Positions 47,635-55,906 are shown, counted from the stretch's first letter. The stretch is 64,000 nt of DNA from an uncultured delta proteobacterium (GCA_963700055.1 CAVOWH010000004.1:369468-433467), one strand, 5' to 3'. Numbers and translations are program-made. The notes: generated from the sequence alone by a model not told the origin.

Positions 47635-48609
47635 TCATCCGCACAGCGTTGTGATCAACTGTTTTACACGGGATTCGAGCTCGTCCCGGACCTGGCGCAC
47701 GGTTTCTAACGGCTGGTCGGCAGGATCCGGCACGTCCCAATCCTGGTGCAGCGCGCCGGGAACCACCGGGCATTCTTCGCCGCACCCCATGGTGACGATC
47801 GCATCGGGTCGACCGTTGGCCAGCGCCGCCTCGATCCCTTGAGGGGCGCGAAAGGCCAGGTCGATCTTTTTCTCGGCCATGGCGGACACCATATCGGGAT
47901 TCAGTTTCTCCGCCGGCCGGCTGCCGCCGGTCGCTACATCCAGTTGGCCACCGGCGAGGTGCTGGGCAAAGGCGCCCGCCATCTGGCTGCGGCCGGCATT
48001 CTGGCGGCAAAGGAAAAGCACTTTTTTCCGTGCGGCCAAGGGAGTCATGAGGGCTTCGACCGCCTGCTCAATTTCCTCCCGTGCGGTGGGGTGGGTGGCA
48101 AGGTCCTTGGGGCCTTCGATCCCCCGATAGAAAAGACTGCCTTCGTAGCGGGCGTCGATGGCGTCGAAAAAATACTTGGCGGTCAGCTGCAGCCCCTCGA
48201 AGAGGTTCTTGCCCTTGGTCGCACCGACGCTGAGGAGAAACCCCCGGCGCGTTTGCTTGAGGGGGTCGCTGAGCTTGAGCCGGTATTTGCGCGCCCAGAA
48301 GGTCTGGCAGCGATCCACCAGGGCCTTGAGCTGCGAGGTCATGTTGTAGAAAAAAATGGGCGAGGCCAGCACGACGACCTCCGCCCGGCGCAACAGCCCG
48401 TAGATCTCGCTGGCCATGTCGTCGTCGATGGGGCAGTATCCTTTTTTCTCGCAGACCACATACTCCTTGCAGGGCAGAATGTTGCGTTCCACCACCTGGA
48501 TGGTCCGTGTCACGGCGCCCCGCCGCTCGGCCGCCTGCAGGAAGGCGGAAAGCAGAAAATTCGTGTTGCCTTTCTTGCGCGGACTTCCTTGTAAACCGAG
48601 GATCAGCAT
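47635..48609 (-). CDS. fusion of an Isf/NAD(P)H-FMN-reductase-like flavodoxin-fold domain with an LMW-PTP/ArsC-type arsenate reductase domain
   Basis: N-terminus: LGLQGSPRKKGNT...VLASPIFFYNMTSQLKALVDR. C-terminus: VLFLCRQNAGRSQMA (CX5R P-loop) ...TMGCGEECP...DWDVPDP. Confidence 0.75.
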   Translation of the reverse strand: MLILGLQGSPRKKGNTNFLLSAFLQAAERRGAVTRTIQVVERNILPCKEYVVCEKKGYCPIDDDMASEIYGLLRRAEVVVLASPIFFYNMTSQLKALVDRCQTFWARKYRLKLSDPLKQTRRGFLLSVGATKGKNLFEGLQLTAKYFFDAIDARYEGSLFYRGIEGPKDLATHPTAREEIEQAVEALMTPLAARKKVLFLCRQNAGRSQMAGAFAQHLAGGQLDVATGGSRPAEKLNPDMVSAMAEKKIDLAFRAPQGIEAALANGRPDAIVTMGCGEECPVVPGALHQDWDVPDPADQPLETVRQVRDELESRVKQLITTLCG

Positions 48610-48622
48610 GGCCCGGGTCCGA

Positions 48623-48979
48623 TCATGGTTTGGCGTGGCAGGAGGTACAGGTCGTCGGGCCGGCCTTCTCGCCGGCCTGCTTTTTTTCCTTGTGGCACTT
48701 GGTGCACTGTTCGTTCATGATTTGCTTCTTGGCGAGCTTGCCCTGGGACTTGAGTTCCTCGATGGCGCCGGCCTTCTGGGGGAAGGCCAAGTGGCAGATC
48801 GTGCAGTCCGCGAGTTTCGCCTGGTGGCGCTGGTGCGGGAAAGCGACATTCCCGCTGGTGCCCCCTTCCAGGATGATCTCGGCGGCGCCGGTGTTTTGAG
48901 TTTGAGCAAAAACGGCCCCGAACCAAAAGGAAAAAGCAGCCGTGAGAAGCAGCCCGATCAGCAGCTTCCGAACCCGCAT
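48623..48979 (-). CDS. periplasmic trihaem cytochrome c (c7/c3 family)
   Basis: Start at MRVRKLL (signal peptide). Three CxxCH motifs (CTICH, CTKCH, CTSCH) in about 90 mature residues. Confidence 0.75.
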   Translation of the reverse strand: MRVRKLLIGLLLTAAFSFWFGAVFAQTQNTGAAEIILEGGTSGNVAFPHQRHQAKLADCTICHLAFPQKAGAIEELKSQGKLAKKQIMNEQCTKCHKEKKQAGEKAGPTTCTSCHAKP

Positions 48980-49062
48980 CTTGCCCGGAGCCTCAAATGA
49001 CGACACGTATTCCCTCCGCCGCGGCAGACGTTCGTTGCCCAAAAGGCGCCCCGCCGTGAGCC

Positions 49063-49278
49063 TCACCGCGGGGCCACGCTCTTGCCTTCGCCGGCGAGCG
49101 TGCAGGTCGTGAAATCAATCAGCGCTCCGCATTTGCCGCATTTGTGGGAACGGTCGAATTCGTCGGAGAAAATCTCCTTTTCAGCCCCGCACTTCTGGCA
49201 GTTGCAGGTAAAGGATTTCAGGGTTTTGAAATTGGCGTAGCCGGGACAATGCTGGGGGGTGGTCTCATTTGGGGCCAT
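49063..49278 (-). CDS. zinc-ribbon protein, paralogous to the N-terminus of 52297..53031
   Basis: 71 aa. The pattern CPG-x..-C-x2-CG-x3-E-F-D...KC-x2-CG is shared with the HD-like protein's N-terminus. Confidence 0.45.
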   Translation of the reverse strand: MAPNETTPQHCPGYANFKTLKSFTCNCQKCGAEKEIFSDEFDRSHKCGKCGALIDFTTCTLAGEGKSVAPR

Positions 49279-49305
49279 AGCGTCCTCCTTTTTTGATGCA
49301 ACCGT

Positions 49306-49743
49306 CTATCCGTTTAATTTTTGAGCCAATTGGCGGCCGTATTCCTGAGCCATCTGGACGCCGCCACCGAGGAGGCTCGACTTCAGCCGCAGGCAGTCGG
49401 CGACCATGTCCATCTTGAAGATGTTTTTCATGGTCTGGTAAATGCGGTCGTTGGCCTCTCCGCTCCAACCGAAGGATCCGAAGGCGCCTCCGGTCTTGCC
49501 ATCCAGCGAGGCTTTTTCCGCGATGAATAGAAAGGTCTTCATCGCCTGGAGCATGTCGCCGTGGTAGGTGGCGGATCCGAACACATATCCGTCATAACCG
49601 GCCAGGTCGGCCTCGCTCTTGACGTTCTTCACGTTGACCACCTCGGCCTGGTGACCGGCCATGCGGACCCCCTCGCCGATCAAATCGGCCATATTCTGGG
49701 TCTCACCGGTCCGGGTGGCAAAAACAATCAACACTTTTCCCAT
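49306..49743 (-). CDS. flavodoxin-domain protein
   Basis: 145 aa. VLIVFATRTGETQNMA and GSFGWSGEA are typical FMN-binding loops. Confidence 0.8.
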   Translation of the reverse strand: MGKVLIVFATRTGETQNMADLIGEGVRMAGHQAEVVNVKNVKSEADLAGYDGYVFGSATYHGDMLQAMKTFLFIAEKASLDGKTGGAFGSFGWSGEANDRIYQTMKNIFKMDMVADCLRLKSSLLGGGVQMAQEYGRQLAQKLNG

Positions 49744-49817
49744 AACGACGGGTCTCCCTTGTGGCAGAAGTCATACGGACAACACCCAAACTGCTCCGGC
49801 GACGGGCCGGTCTCCGG

Positions 49818-49985
49818 TCAGGGCTTGGGTTTGGCGATGCGCTGGTCAATTCCCTCGGCGGTGCAGTCCGGCGTGTAGCAAGTGTTGTCCAGGAATTCGC
49901 ATTTTTCCTTACAGGACGGGCACTGGTTGGGATATGCATCCGCCTCGAAGGTGTAGCCGCATTTGGAACATTTCCAGCTTGGCAT
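49818..49985 (-). CDS. small rubredoxin-like zinc-ribbon protein (55 aa)
   Basis: ATG at 49985 with an AGGAG SD. WKCSKCGY...CPSCKEKCEF. Confidence 0.5.
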   Translation of the reverse strand: MPSWKCSKCGYTFEADAYPNQCPSCKEKCEFLDNTCYTPDCTAEGIDQRIAKPKP

Positions 49986-50153
49986 GGCATTTTCTCCTAT
50001 CCGGGCGACCCCCATCGTCCTGAGCGCTGAGCCGCGGCTCGCCGGACGTCGGACTTCCCGGAATTCCTCCCTTGCCGCCGCGGGGCTTTCGCGCCAGGCA
50101 TTGGAAGGAGTGGTTTGGCGGCGCGAGGCGCGCGCCAGGAACAAAGGGACCGC

Positions 50154-50528
50154 TTAGGCTTTCCACAGGCCGTGAAGGTTGCAGTACTCGCGCGCGGCGA
50201 CCTTGTCGGCCTTGATGCAGAAGATCGCTTCCGGCGGTTGGCCGGGGTTCAGGAACTGGCGGTACACCTTGCCGTCGGCGATCAGCTCGACCCACTCGAT
50301 CCAGTGTTTTTCCTCCATGGGGTGCGCGACGCTGCCGACCTTGACCTTGAATCCCTCGGCGGTTTTTTCAACCACGGGCACATGCTTCTCCTTGGCGGCA
50401 TCAACGGTGTTTTCCTTGAAGTGTTTCATGGGCTGGCCGCAGCACACCAGCTCGCCCCCTCCGCCGTGCAGCACCTCGACAATGTTTCCGCACAGATCGC
50501 ATTTGTAGACCTGAAGCTGTTCAGCCAT
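50154..50528 (-). CDS. dfx: desulfoferrodoxin (2Fe superoxide reductase)
   Basis: 124 aa. N-terminal desulforedoxin motif [16 protein letters not shown]...CCG. C-terminal SOR centre residues ([22 protein letters not shown]). Confidence 0.9.
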   Translation of the reverse strand: MAEQLQVYKCDLCGNIVEVLHGGGGELVCCGQPMKHFKENTVDAAKEKHVPVVEKTAEGFKVKVGSVAHPMEEKHWIEWVELIADGKVYRQFLNPGQPPEAIFCIKADKVAAREYCNLHGLWKA

Positions 50529-50567
50529 GACGCGTCTCCTTTCGATCGAAAAGGTTGATTAGATGGA

Positions 50568-50973
50568 TTACCAGTTTTCCCCCAGCAGCTCGAAATGGGC
50601 CTGCGGATGCACGCAGGCCGGGCAAAGCTCGGGTGCGCTCACGCCCATGTGCAGATAGCCGCAGTTGCGGCAGCGCCAGGCCACCTGCGCGTCGCGCTTG
50701 AACACGCGGCCGGTTTCGATGTTGGCCGCCAGATCGAGATAGCGCTTTTCATGCTGTTTTTCGGCTACGGAGATGGCCCGAAAGGCCGCGGCTACCTCAT
50801 TCAAGATTCAAGCCCTCGTCTTCGGCGGTTTCGACAAAAATGTCGGCGATCTGCACCAGGCCGTCCTTGCGGGCCTGGCCGGCGAAATAGGTGTAGCGGT
50901 TGCGCGCCTGAGATTCCCCGGCGAAAGCGGTCAACAGATTCTTCTCAGTGCGCGTACCCTTGAGCTTGGCCAT
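50568..50973 (-). pseudogene. rbr: rubrerythrin, disrupted by a 7-bp tandem duplication causing a frameshift and an internal deletion of ~60 codons
   Basis: The N-part MAKLKGTRTEKNLLTAFAGESQARNRYTYFAGQARKDGLVQIADIFVETAEDE and the C-part ..VAAAFRAISVAEKQHEKRYL...WRCRNCGY...CPACVHP..HFE are both rubrerythrin. ATTCAAG is duplicated at 50799-50812. The middle of the four-helix bundle is absent. Confidence 0.75.
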
Positions 50974-51006
50974 GGGTTGCTGTCCTCCTGGTGACACGGA
51001 TGGTTG

Positions 51007-51288
51007 TCAGGGGCGATCGGCTGCGTTGTCTTCTCCGGCCCACCAGCCCTTGCGCATATGGTTGCGCTTTTCCTCTTCCGCCAACTTCCTGAGCTTGTAA
51101 GCCGAGTCCCGCAGGACGCCGTAAAGAATCCCGCAGCCGTTGTCTTTGCGGTCCGCCTCGCCGCGGTCCGCCAGGTGGATCATTTCTTCCGTCAACTTCA
51201 GGGTCTTGACGATGTGAAGGTTGCAGGGTCTCACGGCGTTTCCTTCCGGCGAAGTGCTTAACGTCAAGCTGCCTTTAACAAATATCAT
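51007..51288 (-). CDS. hypothetical protein
   Basis: 93-aa ORF upstream of rbr on the same strand. The start is uncertain and I recognise no family. Confidence 0.35.
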   Translation of the reverse strand: MIFVKGSLTLSTSPEGNAVRPCNLHIVKTLKLTEEMIHLADRGEADRKDNGCGILYGVLRDSAYKLRKLAEEEKRNHMRKGWWAGEDNAADRP

Positions 51289-51536
51289 GCCAGAAGAGAA
51301 CAGAAGCGGCGGGTGCCTGTAACAGCCTGATATTCAGTTAGATAGGTCTTGCTTTCGCTATCTGGCTGCAAGACTGTAATGCGTTCCCGCCACGCGAACC
51401 CGATACAGAGCCCGATCGATCCAGGTGGGCGGTGACCATGCGCCACTTCGAATAGTGGCTGAATATCATACCGAAAATCACATTGCAATCTAGTCTCGGA
51501 TTGATTTGTGAAACAGGCGTGTCTCACAAGACAGAA

Positions 51537-52292
51537 TCAGGCCGCCTCCCCCTGGCGACGTTGCAGGATTTTCCCGCGCACGCTGATGACCACCTCCTCC
51601 AGCGGCAGCTTGACGCCGGAACGCTGCATGCCCTTTTGGACGATCACCGGCAGGGCCGCACAGCACGGCACCTCCATGACCACCGAGGTGATGCTGCGGA
51701 TGCCGGACTGTTTGCAGATTTGAGCAAACTTGTCGATATAGGCCTCAACGTTGTCGAATTTGGGGCAGCCCAGCATCACGCGTTTGCCCGGCAGGAAATC
51801 GCGGTGCAGGGTCGGGAAGGCAACGGGCACACAGTCGGCCATCACCAGGAGATCGGCCCCTTTCAAAAACGGGGCCGTCGGCGGCACCAGCATGATTTGT
51901 ATCGGCCAATGGCTGAGAGCCGATTCGGCAGGCTCTCCGGCGGAACCGGCGGCCGCCGGGGCGGGCCCGAAACTCTGCACCATGCGGGCCGACGGGCAGC
52001 CGCCGGCAGCCATGGGCAGGACCTTGGAAGCCTGCGGTGCCTTTTCTTTTTCGGCCAGCAGCTTCTCCACGGCGTGCTCGTCGAACTCCTCGGCGGTCCG
52101 CTCCTCGATCGAAAGGGCGCCGGTGGGGCATTCGCCCAGGCAGGCGCCTAGGCCGTCGCAGTAGATGTCGGCGATCACCCGCGCCTTGCCGTCGATGATT
52201 TCCAGCGCCCCTTCAGCGCAGGCCGGCGCGCAGTTGCCGCACCCGTTGCAGAGGTCTTCGTCGATTTTGATGATTTTGCGGATGACTTTCAT
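51537..52292 (-). CDS. 2x[4Fe-4S] ferredoxin-domain protein (frdX-like, hcp-associated)
   Basis: CNGCGNCAPAC and CDGLGACLGECP at the N-terminus, and a Cys-rich C-terminus (VPCCAALP). It sits in an hcp operon context. Confidence 0.7.
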   Translation of the reverse strand: MKVIRKIIKIDEDLCNGCGNCAPACAEGALEIIDGKARVIADIYCDGLGACLGECPTGALSIEERTAEEFDEHAVEKLLAEKEKAPQASKVLPMAAGGCPSARMVQSFGPAPAAAGSAGEPAESALSHWPIQIMLVPPTAPFLKGADLLVMADCVPVAFPTLHRDFLPGKRVMLGCPKFDNVEAYIDKFAQICKQSGIRSITSVVMEVPCCAALPVIVQKGMQRSGVKLPLEEVVISVRGKILQRRQGEAA

Positions 52293-52296
52293 GGGA

Positions 52297-53031
52297 TCAC
52301 CTCGAAGTAAACAGCGTTTCCCGCGCGGCCTGGCGGCCGGACGCGGTCAGAAATGAATCTTCGATACGCGCGGCCAGTTCGCCGGCGTCCAGGGACTGGT
52401 TTTTTTGTTCTGCTTCCAGGCGCTCAAGGGCATCGGCGTCGCAAACCGCCTGGAAATTGATGGAATCGCCGGCTTGCGGCGGTCGGTGTTGGGCGATGAT
52501 GCCGCACACCTCGGCGATCAATTCCTCGCGGGCGCCGAGTTTGGTTAGGATCTCTCGCGCCACGATCGGCCCGCCGGCCTCTGTGCGGCCTGCGGCGTCG
52601 CTCCCAGGCGCGTTTTCCGGGGAAAGGCGGCCGATGTCCAGCAGGTAGGCGGCCATCAGGATCACTGCCAGATTGCCTTTCTCGGCCTTGCCGATGCGTT
52701 CGGCGTAGCGGGCCAGGCGGCCGGCGCGGCCGATGCGCTTGAAGTCCTTGCCGAAGTAGCGCTTCATCTCGACGGCGACGCGGTCTTTGAGCAGGGTTTC
52801 CTTCTGGGCCGCGAGCCCCTCCGGCAGCGTGCCGAGACACTGCTCGGCATAGGGGCAATAGGCCGCGCAGCCGAAGTCCATCTGCGGATTGACGAAGCGG
52901 TGGCCGCACCGGTTGCATTTGCGCGCCGTATCGTCCTTAAAGAACTCCACGGACTGCCCGCACTGCGGGCAGTTGGACTCGAAGATGGCGCCCGGTTTCC
53001 AGTATTGCATGTCTTGGCCAGGGCATCGCAT
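52297..53031 (-). CDS. zinc-ribbon plus degenerate HD-like domain protein
   Basis: ATG at 53031 with an AAGGAG SD. The N-terminus has a CPG..C..CG..KC..CG ribbon. The helical C-terminus has LLDIGR where HD proteins carry HDIGK. Confidence 0.45.
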   Translation of the reverse strand: MRCPGQDMQYWKPGAIFESNCPQCGQSVEFFKDDTARKCNRCGHRFVNPQMDFGCAAYCPYAEQCLGTLPEGLAAQKETLLKDRVAVEMKRYFGKDFKRIGRAGRLARYAERIGKAEKGNLAVILMAAYLLDIGRLSPENAPGSDAAGRTEAGGPIVAREILTKLGAREELIAEVCGIIAQHRPPQAGDSINFQAVCDADALERLEAEQKNQSLDAGELAARIEDSFLTASGRQAARETLFTSR

Positions 53032-53283
53032 GGTGACATCTCCTTGAGACAGGTTGAACTCGTTGACGCCGATTCTATCGCAGCCCTTCTCAATTCGTCT
53101 TTGACCTAGAACAAGAGACAACTCCTCCGGCAATAAAATATGGGTCTGATTCGGCCATATCCCCCATCGGCGCGCCGGACTCCGGCTTAAGGTGCACTGG
53201 CCGGAGGACGGATCTCTTTCCCTCGCAAAATAAGCCGGGGCTCCTCCGCAGGAGCCCCGGCGGTCTCCCTCGCGCGGAAGGTG

Positions 53284-54915
53284 CTACTTCAGAATGGCCT
53301 TGAGGTCCTCGTCCGGGGTCTTGATGGGAGCGATGTTGAACTTCTCCACCAGGACGTTGAGCACATTGGGGGTCACGAAGGCCGGCAGGCTCGGACCGAG
53401 CCGGATGTTCTTGATGCCAAGATAAAGCAGCGTCAGCAGGATCGCCACCGCCTTCTGCTCGTACCAGGAAAGGATCATCGACAGGGGCAGGTCGTTGACC
53501 CCGCAGTTGAAGGCCTTGGACAGCGCCACGGCGATCTGAATGGCCGAATAGGCGTCGTTGCACTGGCCGACGTCGAGCAGCCGCGGGATGCCCTCGATGG
53601 CGCCGAGGTCCTGGTCGAAGAACCGGAACTTGCCGCAGGCGAGCGTCAGCACGACGCAGTCCTGGGGCACCTTTTCGACGAACTCGGTGTAGTAGCTGCG
53701 GCCGGGCTTGGCGCCGTCGCAGCCGCCCACCAGGAAGAAGTGTTTGATCTTGCCGGCTTTGACCAGCTCGATCACCTTGCCGGCCACGCTCATCACGGTG
53801 TTGCGGGCGAATCCCACCATGACCTCCTTGCCGGCGGCATCAGCGGTGAAGCCGGGCAGGGCCAAGGCCTTGTCGATGACGGGTTTGAAGTTTCCGTCGC
53901 CAAGGTGCTGCACGCCGGGCCAGCCTACGAGGCCGGCGGTGAAGATGTTGTCCCGGTAGGTGTCCGTAGGCTTCTGGATGCAGTTGGTGGTCATGAGGAT
54001 GGCGCCCGGGAACTTGCCGAATTCCTTGGCCTGGTTCTGCCAGGCCGTTCCGTAGTGGCCGAAGAAATGCGGGTATTTCTGCTTCAGCTCCGGATAGCCG
54101 TGGCAGGGCAGCATCTCGCCGTGGGTGTACACGTTGATCCCCTTGCCCGCGCTCTGCTTGAGAATTTCCTCCAGGTCCTTGAGGTCGTGGCCGGACACCA
54201 GGATGGCCTTGCCTTTCTTTTGGCCGAGCGGGACCTTGGTCGGCACCGGGTGTCCGTACGCGCCGGTATTGCCGGCGTCAAGAAGCTCCATGGCCTTCAG
54301 GTTGGTCTCGCCGCACTTGAGTACCAGGCCGAGATAGTCGTTCACGCCCAGGGATTTGTTCAGGGTGGCGGCGAGGGCCTCGTGAATGAATGCGTAGACG
54401 CTGTCGTCCTTTTTGCCCAGGATCCAGGCGTGGTCGGCATACGCCGCGGTGCCTTTGAGGCCGTAAATCAGAAGTTCCCGCAGGGCCTGGGTGTCGGCGT
54501 CCGCCGCCGGCGCCTTGGTCCCGCCGGTTTTTTCGGCCTGGGCCACCAGGGCGTCCACCGAAGCGGCCGGGGCGAAGGCGGCCGCCTCATGCCCGAAATC
54601 GGCCTTGCCGCCGGCTTGTTTGACCTTCTTTTTCAGGTCTTCGCGCAACGCCGCGCAGCGGCCGATCAATTCCGCAAACCGGGCCGGGTCGAAATCGACA
54701 TTGGTCAGGGTCGAGAACGTGGCCTGCAGGGTGAAGCGGTTCACCTCGGCGAGATCGAGCTTTTGCTTGCGGGCTTCTACGGCCACCAAGGAAAGGCCTT
54801 TCAGGCCGTAGATGAGCAGATCCTGAAGGGCAGCGACCTCGGCGGTCTTGCCACAAACGCCGATCTTGGTGCAGCCTTCGCCTTTGGAAGTTTGTTCGCA
54901 CTGGTAACAAAACAT
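53284..54915 (-). CDS. hcp: hybrid cluster protein (hydroxylamine/NO reductase)
   Basis: Start MFCYQCEQTSKGEGCTKIGVCGK with an AAAGGAG SD. 543 aa, with a conserved C-terminal hybrid-cluster region. Confidence 0.9.
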   Translation of the reverse strand: MFCYQCEQTSKGEGCTKIGVCGKTAEVAALQDLLIYGLKGLSLVAVEARKQKLDLAEVNRFTLQATFSTLTNVDFDPARFAELIGRCAALREDLKKKVKQAGGKADFGHEAAAFAPAASVDALVAQAEKTGGTKAPAADADTQALRELLIYGLKGTAAYADHAWILGKKDDSVYAFIHEALAATLNKSLGVNDYLGLVLKCGETNLKAMELLDAGNTGAYGHPVPTKVPLGQKKGKAILVSGHDLKDLEEILKQSAGKGINVYTHGEMLPCHGYPELKQKYPHFFGHYGTAWQNQAKEFGKFPGAILMTTNCIQKPTDTYRDNIFTAGLVGWPGVQHLGDGNFKPVIDKALALPGFTADAAGKEVMVGFARNTVMSVAGKVIELVKAGKIKHFFLVGGCDGAKPGRSYYTEFVEKVPQDCVVLTLACGKFRFFDQDLGAIEGIPRLLDVGQCNDAYSAIQIAVALSKAFNCGVNDLPLSMILSWYEQKAVAILLTLLYLGIKNIRLGPSLPAFVTPNVLNVLVEKFNIAPIKTPDEDLKAILK

Positions 54916-55019
54916 GATGCAGCTCCTTTCGTTGTATGATTCAGTTTCCGGGTTCAGAGAAGTAGGCTTTCTCTTTTTCAAGCGTGGCAGGATCTTATTC
55001 GCAGCCGGCGGTTGGCGCC

Positions 55020-55033
55020 TTGACCTAAATCAA
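55020..55033. promoter_or_regulatory. CRP/FNR-type palindrome TTGACCTAAATCAA in the hcp / regulator divergent intergenic region (candidate HcpR box)
   Basis: Matches TTGA-N6-TCAA. It lies 105 nt upstream of the hcp ATG (54915) and 187 nt upstream of the regulator ATG (55220). Confidence 0.45.
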
Positions 55034-55219
55034 AAAAGAATTTTTTTTTAAAGGTGAACTGCCGTGAGGTTTTTTTGCACCCGGTCTCAGCCGGGTTCGA
55101 AGGGGTTGGCGGATGATAAGGCCTTATGCCCAAGGTGTCGACCCCCTCGGACACGCCCGCCCGGCCTTTTTAGCGCCAACGCCTTGACTTGCGTTTCAAA
55201 TGCTGACAAACAAGGCGGC

Positions 55220-55906
55220 ATGGAAAAAGCGGCCGATGTCATTGCGCGTATCCCGCTCTTCAGCGGTCTAAGCCGCACACAGCTGGCCCAGTTGATAGGC
55301 ATCGCTCTGGAAAAGAACTTCGGCCGGGGCGAGTTGATCTTCTCCGAAGGCGATGAAGGCAACGGCTTTTACGTCATCCTCGTAGGGACCGTGAAGATTT
55401 TCAAGGTTTCCCCCGACGGCAAGGAGCACATTCTGCACATCTTTAGCGCCGGTCAGACCTTCGGAGAAGTGCCCGTGTTCGCCGGCGAGCATTTCCCGGC
55501 GAATGCCGAAGTCCTGCAGGACACGCGCGTGCTGTTCTTCCCGCGCTCGGCGTTCGTGGCCCTGCTCGAAAAGAACCCGGCCTTGTCCCTCAAGCTGCTG
55601 GCCGATCTTTCGCTCAAACTGCGGCAGTTCACCGTCCAGATCGAAAACCTTTCGTTGAAAGAAATCCCCGCACGGCTGGCGACCTATCTTCTGTACCTCT
55701 CCGAAGAGCAGGGGCATGAGGATCATGTAACCCTGAGCATATCCAAGGGCCAGCTGGCCAGCCTACTCGGCACGATCCCCGAAACGCTTTCGCGTATGTT
55801 TGCCAAGCTATCCTCGCAGCAGCTCATTCAGGTCGAAGGCCGCAAAATCACACTGCTGGACAGCGACGGGCTAAAGAACCTGGCTCAGTCGGGAAAAAGC
55901 CCCTAA
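55220..55906 (+). CDS. hcpR: CRP/FNR-family transcriptional regulator (HcpR-like)
   Basis: cNMP-binding-type beta-barrel (IFSEGDEGNGFYVILVGTVKIFK) and a C-terminal HTH (LSISKGQLASLLGTIPETLSRMFAKL). It is divergent from hcp. Confidence 0.75.
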   Translation: MEKAADVIARIPLFSGLSRTQLAQLIGIALEKNFGRGELIFSEGDEGNGFYVILVGTVKIFKVSPDGKEHILHIFSAGQTFGEVPVFAGEHFPANAEVLQDTRVLFFPRSAFVALLEKNPALSLKLLADLSLKLRQFTVQIENLSLKEIPARLATYLLYLSEEQGHEDHVTLSISKGQLASLLGTIPETLSRMFAKLSSQQLIQVEGRKITLLDSDGLKNLAQSGKSP

